Shown: in pieces, positions 38,327-46,379 of the stretch
Numbering within the stretch: the first letter of the stretch is position 1
How the letters are laid out: every line of letters starts with the position of its first letter
Source: Candidatus Gottesmanbacteria bacterium
Lineage (GTDB): Bacteria > Patescibacteriota > Microgenomatia > UBA10105 > UBA927
DNA length: 64,000 nucleotides
Direction: 5' to 3'
Assembly: GCA_023245335.1 (NCBI GenBank)
Contig: JAHFKK010000001.1
Location: 235,282 to 299,281, forward strand
The notes under the pieces: model-generated
Seen by the model: the letters and a program-made list of their open reading frames with translations, nothing else
What the model was told of the DNA's origin: nothing
Databases searched by the model: none
Translations under genes and position numbers: made by a program

Positions 38327-39085
38327 TTAGAGCGGACAAAGAATTGTTTTTACAAATGGGTTCACGACATTATCGTAGAGCATGAGTTTTTTGATTACCG
38401 GTAGGGTAAGCCAAAGAAAATTGTCATAGTGAGGCAACGCGCAGTCTTTGGACAGAAGACGAAGTTGATTTACATTTCTTTTTCGCCAGAATCGGGATCC
38501 TTCTTCATTATGCTCGGCTGCATAGATAAGGCGTGATTTTGTATCAGCTATATAATCACTCAGAAGCGGCTTTCTTCCCCCATGATGCAGACGCAGATTG
38601 CTAGTCGTGGCCTGGATAGTCGGCCCGAATTGAATTGCATGAATATTTCCGGCTTCAAATCTGCCTTGGAGCAAAAACTGTACGGTTCCTTCCCTCTCCT
38701 GGCAAAGCATGATAAGGAACCCGGCGTGTTGCTGTACTAAAATCGGCTGATTCCATGAGGACACCTCTGTCTCTGCAGAATTTTTTACAATCACTCCCTG
38801 CACAGAAAAGAAATGATCCAGGCCTTTATTGTGGCGGACGATACCCTCCTTCGATCTGTATCTCCAATCGGAAAGTTCAGAAATGGGCACAATTTTCATA
38901 GATGACTTGACGGCGTTTCGTTTTTCCTTTAGCCAGTGAAGAGCGAATGTGACACTCACGTCGTTATCATTTTTCGTGGCCCGTATCTTTGTTTTCAGTA
39001 TATTCAACTGCTTGGTATACCGTCGGATATCTTGCTGCGTCTTTATCATCCGATCGAGTGTATCATGTTTACCTACGGTATTCAT
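38327..39085 (-). CDS. NDP-hexose 2,3-dehydratase-like protein (single Hexose_dehydrat-type domain)
   Basis: FGPTIQATTSNL and EEGSRFW...FLWLTL...VNPFVKTIL resemble remembered EvaA-family blocks (PTVQATxSNy; EEGgRF). Only about 250 aa versus about 470 for EvaA. Confidence 0.45.
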   Translation of the reverse strand: MNTVGKHDTLDRMIKTQQDIRRYTKQLNILKTKIRATKNDNDVSVTFALHWLKEKRNAVKSSMKIVPISELSDWRYRSKEGIVRHNKGLDHFFSVQGVIVKNSAETEVSSWNQPILVQQHAGFLIMLCQEREGTVQFLLQGRFEAGNIHAIQFGPTIQATTSNLRLHHGGRKPLLSDYIADTKSRLIYAAEHNEEGSRFWRKRNVNQLRLLSKDCALPHYDNFLWLTLPVIKKLMLYDNVVNPFVKTILCPL

Positions 39086-39135
39086 GTTGGCCCACTATAG
39101 CGGCCCTGAAACAAACCGATTACGGGACGATGAGA

Positions 39136-39753
39136 TCAAAACCCGAGAGATTCCTGAATGAGTATGAAATGAATACGGCGTTTGAGGAAGGGTGATTCGC
39201 CTTTGGAAATGAGAATCTTGTTAAGATGTGTTCCGGTTCCATGGAGTTTTTTCATGTGTGCATCCTCTAAGGGGACGACATATTCCTCAAGGCGTTTTAT
39301 GCCCTCCGTGAGTGTGGGTACAATTTTATGTGTCCCGACGACAAAAATGAGGTTTGGGGAGGTGAATGCGATATGGGGGAGTTGGCTGCCGGTATTGGAG
39401 GCAACAATGAACTCTCCGTTTTCTACGAGTGCGTGCACGCTTCCTAGATAAAAGTCCGAGAGCGCCGCTTGTTTACGCAGTATCGCCCGTTTAGCAGGGT
39501 CAGTTTCTGCGTTGACGGGTTTATGCAGGTTGTTCCATCCATGTGTTCCAAGTTTGAGATAGTCGACAAAGCCAATTTGTTCGAGCGTCACAGAAGCGCC
39601 GTTCATGACCGATGCGCCCGGAGGAATGATGTGTTTAATTTGTTCGAGCGCTTCTGCTTTTGTCCTGACAACATACGTTTCTATACCCTTTGCCCTCAGC
39701 GCAGCCGTTGTGATGTCTATGCTTTTTTGATTCGCTAATGTGTTGTATTTCAT
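39136..39753 (-). CDS. LUD-domain (LutC/YkgG-like) protein
   Basis: SVHALVENGEFIVASNTGSQLPHIAFTSPNLIFVVGTHKIVPTL matches the LUD core pattern. Confidence 0.5.
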   Translation of the reverse strand: MKYNTLANQKSIDITTAALRAKGIETYVVRTKAEALEQIKHIIPPGASVMNGASVTLEQIGFVDYLKLGTHGWNNLHKPVNAETDPAKRAILRKQAALSDFYLGSVHALVENGEFIVASNTGSQLPHIAFTSPNLIFVVGTHKIVPTLTEGIKRLEEYVVPLEDAHMKKLHGTGTHLNKILISKGESPFLKRRIHFILIQESLGF

Positions 39754-39929
39754 ACGCGTGTCGCTTCGGTAGTGATAGTCAGTTGGGGAAAGAATAATTA
39801 CTATAAAATATATAGTACTATAGATTATATAGTGATGTCAACCACACGAGTGTTAAACGTCGTTCAGGAGAGTTTGGACCTTGAAAACAATCCTATCGTT
39901 GACGGGCGGGAATGCGAGTCTATAACGAA

Positions 39930-40313
39930 TTATCGATGAGGCTGCATGATGCTTACGCGGTTACCCTCGGTATCACGAAATGATACGTACCAACCAACCC
40001 CGGGTATATCCATCGGTTTTCCGAGGACATTACCCCCTGCCGCAGTAATTCTTTTCATATGTGTCTTGATATCATCAACCTGGATAACGACGGAGGGGTA
40101 CTGGTCTTTTGATTTGGGAAAGAATCCGCCATTTATCGCACCCGGTTTCTTGGGGCCTTTTTTATCGGATTCCGTCGTCGTTGCGACGACGTAGTTATTC
40201 ATGTCCGGACCCATGACGTCGTTGTGCCAGCCGAATACGTCGGTATAGAACTTAGCAACACGCTTGGGATTCTTCGTCGGCATCTCAAAGTGGATGACTG
40301 GGTTCATATTCAT
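39930..40313 (-). CDS. VOC-family (glyoxalase/bleomycin-resistance fold) protein
   Basis: The start was moved to the ATG preceded by a GAGGAGG SD. The long track ORF is a low-complexity N-terminal extension. Confidence 0.6.
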   Translation of the reverse strand: MNMNPVIHFEMPTKNPKRVAKFYTDVFGWHNDVMGPDMNNYVVATTTESDKKGPKKPGAINGGFFPKSKDQYPSVVIQVDDIKTHMKRITAAGGNVLGKPMDIPGVGWYVSFRDTEGNRVSIMQPHR

Positions 40314-40403
40314 ACCTATTCCTCCTCTATATTGAATTATTATATATAATATGTATGATAGATTACAGACACAAATGACTTTATAGTGATAAAGAATACT
40401 AAG

Positions 40404-40475
40404 ATGCAAAAAGTATTTATTACTGCGATGAACTAGTTTAAAAGGCCGAGAGGCCTTTTTTTCTTGGTTTTTTTG
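40404..40475 (+). promoter_or_regulatory. putative transcription attenuator: 10-codon leader ORF followed by intrinsic terminator, 20 nt upstream of the NCS2 permease start
   Basis: A leader ORF (MQKVFITAMN, 40404..40436) is followed by AAAAGGCC-GAGA-GGCC, a 7-T run and a second 7-T run. No upstream plus-strand gene exists to terminate. Confidence 0.4.
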
Positions 40476-40495
40476 CGGAAGAAAGGGGTAGTGAT

Positions 40496-41881
40496 ATGGC
40501 AAAAACATACTTTGAGGAGTTGTGGGGGCAGAATACTGAGGCGACGACACGCGTGATGCCGGAGGAGACTATGGGATTTGGCCGCTCGCTTTGGCAAGCG
40601 GTACAGCATTTACTTACCGCCTCGGGCGCGAACATTGTGGGACCGGTTCTTATGCACCTCGACCCTTCAATGGCATTATTCACTTCGGGCGTAGGAACGA
40701 TCGTCTATAACTCTATTACCGGGGTCCCTGCGTACATGGGAACAAGCTTTAGCTATATCGCAACGATAAGCTATGTCATGACTGCTCCGTGGGGGAGCCA
40801 GGCATTGGTCGGGGGAGGCATCATCGCGGCAGGACTTGCGACGATACTTGTCGGATTACTCGTCAAGTTCATAGGCTGGAAGTGGATTAATGTCTTTATG
40901 CCGCCGGTTATTCTCGCGATGGTAGTGATCGCGATTGGCATGCTGCTTGCGCCTGTGGCATACGGCGAATCGATGTCCAATCCGCTTCTTGCGCTTATAA
41001 CATTTGGATTAGGGGTGCTGTTTGCAACTAAGTTCAAAGAGGGCACCTTTATAAGCGCATTGCCTGTGCTGCTTTCTATTATAAGCGGTTATGTGGTGGC
41101 ACTTCTTTTGGGGCAAGTAAACCTGGCACCGATAGGGAAGGCGCCGTTTTTTGAGCTCCCGAGATTTTTCGTTCCGGTCTTTGACATGAGGGTCGTGGTC
41201 CCAATGGTGCTTGTGACCGTAACGGCAGTACTCATGGAACATTTGGGACATCTCAAGGGAACGGGAAGTATCGTCGGGAAGGACTATATCCCGAGGGCAT
41301 CAAAAAGCCTTATAGCCGATGGCATCTCAAACGCCCTATCCTGGGCCGGTACGCCCAGTGTCACGTACGGCGAAAACATGGGAGTATTTGCCATCACAAA
41401 AGTATTCAGCCTCAAAGTGATGTACTTGGCTGGATTCCTGGCAATCCTTGCGGGATTTCTGGGTAAGCTGTCGCCCATGATCCTATCGATTCCTGCGGGA
41501 GTATTGGGAGGAGCGACATTCCTACTTTTTGGCATGATCGCATGGGCAGGATTTAACCTTTTGCAGTCAGAGCATGTCGATATGAAGAAAAAAAGCAATC
41601 AGATTTTGGTCGCTTCCATGAGCACCATGATGATCGCGGGAATACTCGTCGAGTATTTGCGGCCGATCGTCGGAGGAATTACTGCGGATCAGATAGTCGC
41701 TTTGCCGAAGAGTATCGGAGCCGCAATAGCGACGCTGCAGTTTATGGTGAATACGCTAAAGTTCGGTACCTTTGAGATGCCGGGATTGGTCGCGATTGCG
41801 CTCTTGGGGATAGTACTCAATATCATCCTCAATAGTCGTGATATAACACTCGCACTAAAGAAGACATCGAAGAGAAGATAA
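40496..41881 (+). CDS. nucleobase:cation symporter-2 (NCS2) family permease (uracil/xanthine permease-like)
   Basis: AVQHLLTASGANIVGPVLM (QH motif) and about 12 TM. Confidence 0.65.
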   Translation: MAKTYFEELWGQNTEATTRVMPEETMGFGRSLWQAVQHLLTASGANIVGPVLMHLDPSMALFTSGVGTIVYNSITGVPAYMGTSFSYIATISYVMTAPWGSQALVGGGIIAAGLATILVGLLVKFIGWKWINVFMPPVILAMVVIAIGMLLAPVAYGESMSNPLLALITFGLGVLFATKFKEGTFISALPVLLSIISGYVVALLLGQVNLAPIGKAPFFELPRFFVPVFDMRVVVPMVLVTVTAVLMEHLGHLKGTGSIVGKDYIPRASKSLIADGISNALSWAGTPSVTYGENMGVFAITKVFSLKVMYLAGFLAILAGFLGKLSPMILSIPAGVLGGATFLLFGMIAWAGFNLLQSEHVDMKKKSNQILVASMSTMMIAGILVEYLRPIVGGITADQIVALPKSIGAAIATLQFMVNTLKFGTFEMPGLVAIALLGIVLNIILNSRDITLALKKTSKRR

Positions 41882-41886
41882 TTAGG

Positions 41887-42384
41887 TTATAGTTTGATGG
41901 AGCGAAGGCGACCGAGTTTGGCAAGATACCCGTTATACAGCTCGTGAATAGGCTCCGCTGTTTCTAAACCAAGTTCCTTGGTTACTTCATTGACGTGGTT
42001 GTCCGGGAAGGCCAGAATTACTGAATAGAGAAAATCGTCTATAGTATAAAGTCCGACGGTGCCGTCTTTATATCCGTATTCGGTGTACGCCATTTTTACG
42101 ACGTCAGCTCCAGTATACCCGCGCTCTTTAAGCCAAAGAAAGCCGGCGCTTGTGTCAGAAATCGGCAACGGATCGGTGAGTACGATTTTCCCTTGTGGCC
42201 GTTTGACGATGTGAATTTCTGTGTGATCCGCATACGCCACAATCTTTTCCACGTCGGCCTTTGCGGGTTTCCCGTAGTAATGAGTGGTAATGACTTCGTT
42301 ACTTCTTTTCGCGCCGAGCGCATCAAGCTTTTTGGTGATATCGGCAAATGATGTGACTCGGTATTTCTTTTCCTGGTGAGTCAT
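41887..42384 (-). CDS. hypothetical protein, weak CYTH-like resemblance
   Basis: N-terminal EKKYRV resembles the ExExK start of CYTH domains but is incomplete. Confidence 0.3.
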   Translation of the reverse strand: MTHQEKKYRVTSFADITKKLDALGAKRSNEVITTHYYGKPAKADVEKIVAYADHTEIHIVKRPQGKIVLTDPLPISDTSAGFLWLKERGYTGADVVKMAYTEYGYKDGTVGLYTIDDFLYSVILAFPDNHVNEVTKELGLETAEPIHELYNGYLAKLGRLRSIKL

Positions 42385-42434
42385 GAGTTCATTATAGCAA
42401 TCTAGGATTCGTACCGTTTGTTATACTTATCTGT

Positions 42435-42956
42435 ATGAACTTACCGCGGGTAGAGAAACATTTGGAGAAGGAATTCCATGTTTCCTGGTACATTATTATA
42501 TATAAACTGATACTGGGGCTTATAGAATTTATATCCGGACTAGCCCTAGGACTTCTTGGGAAGCAATTATTGCGGATGTACACATTTCAGGTGACGAAGG
42601 AATTATCCGAAGAGCCGCATGACCTGCTCGCTCGATTCAGCGAGCGTATCGTTCCGAATATATTTACTCATGATACGTTCCTAATTCTGTATCTTCTTCT
42701 TTTGGGAGCGGCCAAGATAGCAGGAGCAATTGGCCTAATGTATAAACAAAACTGGGGAGTGGATCTGCTCGTGGGACTCACGGTAGTATTATTTCCGTTT
42801 CAGGTAGTAGAGTTGCTGTTGCATCCGTCATTTTTCAATTTGCTGTATATTTTTCTCGGACTTCTCATCGCGTTGTACTTGGTGGAGTTTCATCCGAAAG
42901 CGTGGATTTCCCGAGTGGTACTTAAGATAGATAGCGGATTGAAAAACAATTACTGA
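42435..42956 (+). CDS. hypothetical membrane protein (4 TM)
   Basis: ATG start, four hydrophobic helices, no recognisable motif. Confidence 0.45.
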   Translation: MNLPRVEKHLEKEFHVSWYIIIYKLILGLIEFISGLALGLLGKQLLRMYTFQVTKELSEEPHDLLARFSERIVPNIFTHDTFLILYLLLLGAAKIAGAIGLMYKQNWGVDLLVGLTVVLFPFQVVELLLHPSFFNLLYIFLGLLIALYLVEFHPKAWISRVVLKIDSGLKNNY

Positions 42957-43885
42957 ACGGTGAAAGTATACTCGTCCGACCAGATGTTTTTATTGTTGAT
43001 AAATGCGAGTGCGCGAAAATAATAGACACCCGGATTATCCATAAGGGTGTTGCCGATAAAGCGCAATGGAATAGCATAATTGCCGTTACTAAATGTGTTA
43101 ACGAGTACCGCGTATGGGGTCATCCCCAGGTTTACCGAGGCATCGAGAGTACCGGGTTTCGACACTTTTCCTCCGACAATCACGGTATACCCGGTGGTTT
43201 CGGAAGGTCCGTCTATGTCCCAGGTGAATGATGCGTTACCTCCAATTGATGTCGTTGCTGTGGGATAATTAATGATCTTTATTTCATTTTTGGGAGCGGG
43301 GACGACCGTAAGCGTCCGCTCTCCTGACCAGTAGTATTTTCCATCGATGACGGCATACGCCCGGAAATAGTATGTGCCTGCGGTCCCCAGCCGGGTCCCG
43401 GCCAGAAACCGCAGCGGAATGATGTAGTCGCCCAGCACGAAATCCTTAATCCAGTCGGTATAGCGGGTATCTTGAGGTTTTGTATTCAAACCAGATATAT
43501 CCGGGGTGCTCGTGGTGCCGTAATAGATAGACGTTGTCTGGATATGCTGTGTCGGCCCGTTGACTATCCAGGAAAAGTTAGCGTTGTCTCCTTCTGTACG
43601 TTGGTTTGGCGTATCAACCAGTTCTACGGAAGACTGCATGGTAGTCGGAATGGGGGGCTGCGTTATGATACTGGTTTGGGTAATTGGTGGCCCGACTGTG
43701 GGGTTAGCCGCAATATCAAAATGCGTTTGAGTGATAGGAGAAGGTGAGGGTAAGGCTTTTACTGCGTTTCCCAACACAGACGGCGTGGTCAGGGGGACAA
43801 GCGGTAGATTGCGGATAACGATGACTCCGCTCATCGCAACTACGATAAGTCCTGCAAAGTATAGATAGGAAAGTTTTTTAAACAC
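42950..43885 (-). CDS. secreted protein with two tandem about 110-aa repeats
   Basis: GTG start; repeats NANFSWIVNGP...YYFRAYAVIDGKYYWS / NASFTWDIDGP...YYFRALAFINNKNIWS. Confidence 0.5.
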   Translation of the reverse strand: MFKKLSYLYFAGLIVVAMSGVIVIRNLPLVPLTTPSVLGNAVKALPSPSPITQTHFDIAANPTVGPPITQTSIITQPPIPTTMQSSVELVDTPNQRTEGDNANFSWIVNGPTQHIQTTSIYYGTTSTPDISGLNTKPQDTRYTDWIKDFVLGDYIIPLRFLAGTRLGTAGTYYFRAYAVIDGKYYWSGERTLTVVPAPKNEIKIINYPTATTSIGGNASFTWDIDGPSETTGYTVIVGGKVSKPGTLDASVNLGMTPYAVLVNTFSNGNYAIPLRFIGNTLMDNPGVYYFRALAFINNKNIWSDEYTFTVQ

Positions 43886-44083
43886 GCTACGTCATTATAG
43901 ACTAATGATTCTGCAGGGAGTGAAATTTCTTTTAGGTCTCCAATCCATTCATAGCGGCTCATGAGGAACCACCCGGGTCAAATTCGTATTAATCGAATTT
44001 TGAGGATATGATATATTGGACGAATAAGAACTCTTTGGAAAGTATTTGTTGCCATATTCATAACCGGTGTCGCATCGCTTCTT

Positions 44084-45439
44084 TTGGAGCTTTCACTTCT
44101 GAGGGAGTTTGTATATGTCATCGGCTCTTCTGCTTTTTCCAGTTCTTTGATTATTTCCGTATTTTTGGGCGGTTTGGCGGTGGGGACATATTTCGGAATC
44201 TGGAAGCGTTATACATCAAAGGATGAGACTGCCGCGCGTATCAAATTCGCGGTACTCCAGCTTATCCTTATCGTATTTATCTCTCTTTTTTACGTCACGA
44301 AGGATTACTTTGTGTATATATGTCCCAATCAAGCGCTCGTTGTCGCGTATTTCATCATCGCGACGTTTCTGCCATCTTTTCTTTCGGGCGCATCGTATTC
44401 GACTATGGTGGAGATCCTGTATCACAAAGGGGAACGTCATGTCGTCTACATTTACGCAGTCAGCACGCTGGGCAGCGTCGTCGGAGGACTCGTTTACGGG
44501 TATGTTTTTGTCTATCTCGTAGGGATACAGGCGTCGTATGCATGCGCTGCTCTTTGTTCTACCTTAGCCATCGCACTCGTCTATCCGTTTGCAAAAAAAG
44601 CGCACACGGTCGGCTTTTTTTTCGTCGCGCTGTTCGTACCGTTTGCCATACAAGGTAATTATGTGAATAATGCGCTCTACCGTTTTCATGATCTTCTTTT
44701 TAAAAAATACAGCCCGTTCGGTCTTGTCGAGGTATGGCGCATGAACGACGGCCGTTCTGTGGAACTCAATGTCAATAATGTTCACCAGTATTATAGTTAC
44801 GACTGGGACAATCGGGTCCACGCGCAGTGGTCGGAGACAACGCTTGGAATTGTCGATCGCCCATCTGATGCCCTACTCTTGGGATACGGAAGCGGCATTT
44901 CTTCTGCGGCTTTCCTGAAATCTGATAAGACGACGAGTGTGGATTCGATAGAGAACTGCGAGCCGGTTTTGGAGGCAGGCAAGCGGTTCTTCCCTGACGA
45001 ATACCGGCTCGTCACGACGGATCCGCGGTCGAGGATTATTTTACAGGACTTCCGAAACTATATACGGTTCACCGATAAAAAGTATGATATCGTTTTGCTC
45101 GACCATAGCATCCTGGATCCTTACTACGGAGGATTTTTTACGGTTGATTTTTTTGACCAGCTGAAAAGAATCCTGAAGCCGCACGGGGTGATTGCGATAT
45201 TGGGTATAGGGTTATCGTGGGACACGACGCAGTCGTCTTTTACATATGTCTACAAATATTCCGCTCCCGGAGAACCGCTGATTAGCAAAAACGGATATTT
45301 TTTGTCGGTGGAGCCGTTTGACCCGAAAGTTGCCTGGCGGTATACCCGTGTGGAAGAAGAGACCGGAAAGAGCCCTGTGTATTCGGATCACCGCATTTTC
45401 GGAAATTCCTTTCAGACCGCTATGCGGGTGGTGCGATAA
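44084..45439 (+). CDS. spermidine-synthase-like (class I SAM-MTase fold) polytopic membrane protein
   Basis: LGYGSGISSAAF...YDIVLLD..., N-terminal TM bundle. The only in-frame start is the TTG at 44084, but a conserved TM1 (VFVAIFITGVASLLLELSLL) is encoded in-frame upstream of it. Confidence 0.55.
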   Translation: MELSLLREFVYVIGSSAFSSSLIISVFLGGLAVGTYFGIWKRYTSKDETAARIKFAVLQLILIVFISLFYVTKDYFVYICPNQALVVAYFIIATFLPSFLSGASYSTMVEILYHKGERHVVYIYAVSTLGSVVGGLVYGYVFVYLVGIQASYACAALCSTLAIALVYPFAKKAHTVGFFFVALFVPFAIQGNYVNNALYRFHDLLFKKYSPFGLVEVWRMNDGRSVELNVNNVHQYYSYDWDNRVHAQWSETTLGIVDRPSDALLLGYGSGISSAAFLKSDKTTSVDSIENCEPVLEAGKRFFPDEYRLVTTDPRSRIILQDFRNYIRFTDKKYDIVLLDHSILDPYYGGFFTVDFFDQLKRILKPHGVIAILGIGLSWDTTQSSFTYVYKYSAPGEPLISKNGYFLSVEPFDPKVAWRYTRVEEETGKSPVYSDHRIFGNSFQTAMRVVR

Positions 45440-45615
45440 TTTTTTTGCGGGAGATGATGAGATATTCATCATCCGAGGCGGCCCGGATGTATCAGCGAAT
45501 TGCCAGCAGCGTTTTATTTAGCATTTTCTATTTGTAATATCATACCAAATAATAAGGAGACAACTGTAGTCGCTTTCTGATGGCATTCTCCCGTATTTGT
45601 TGATAAACTCTACGT

Positions 45616-46368
45616 GTGAGGAAAGAGAAACCCACACGTATCAAAGTTGCCGTCCTTATTACCGGATTGTTGCTTTTTGTAAACGGTTTTCGTTTGATAT
45701 ACATTTCTTCTCCGGTGCCGGAAATCCGTCAGGCCCTCAAAAACGGCGGTATAAACGTTTCATCGGATCGCGTTCATATAGAATCGGTCATTCCTGGTTC
45801 GCCGGCAGCGGATGCCGACATGCAGAAAAGGGATGTGATAGTTTCGGTGAATAACGAAAGCGTTCATGACATCGGAAGCGTCACAAATCTCATGGCAAGC
45901 AATAAGGGAAATCTCATTGCGATAACTATCGATAGAAACGGAACCATACTGACCAAAAACGTTACGCCGAGGAGCGAGTACCCACGTACCCAGGGTCCGC
46001 TTGGCGTGACCATATCGGATAGAGAAATACAAAAGGTTTCTTTTTTCCGAATGGTTACACAGTTAACGTGGGAAGCATATTCAGGGAAATTTGAGATTTT
46101 CCCTGGGACAACATATTTGAGAGTACTACTGCTCGCGTTTGGGACATTCTCGCTTTCTGTCGCTATGGGTTTACGTATCCATAAGAAGTGGGCGGTGTAT
46201 CTCTTTACGCTCATCGCCGTATCTGCGCTTTACAATTTTTTGAAACTCCTGACTGGTGTGTTTTACGGTGACGCTATCGACATACCCTTCGTCGCGAAGG
46301 AAATGATATGGTTGACGTTTACATGTTTGGGCGTCTATCTTTTTCTCGCAAGAAAATATTTTAGCTAG
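45616..46368 (+). CDS. PDZ-domain membrane protein
   Basis: GTG start; N-terminal TM, PDZ (IESVIPGSPAADADMQKRDVIVSVNN), C-terminal 3 TM; no HExxH. Confidence 0.45.
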   Translation: MRKEKPTRIKVAVLITGLLLFVNGFRLIYISSPVPEIRQALKNGGINVSSDRVHIESVIPGSPAADADMQKRDVIVSVNNESVHDIGSVTNLMASNKGNLIAITIDRNGTILTKNVTPRSEYPRTQGPLGVTISDREIQKVSFFRMVTQLTWEAYSGKFEIFPGTTYLRVLLLAFGTFSLSVAMGLRIHKKWAVYLFTLIAVSALYNFLKLLTGVFYGDAIDIPFVAKEMIWLTFTCLGVYLFLARKYFS

Positions 46369-46379
46369 TGAACATTATC

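Noticed and set aside
40444-40455. GGCCGAGAGGCC resembles the PyrR-binding loop consensus (UCCAGAGAGGCU).
   Set aside because: The match is one nt short in the conserved AGAGAGG core, and the element forms a perfect GNRA-capped stem followed by a U-tract. An intrinsic terminator is the better reading. The surrounding attenuator remains a finding.
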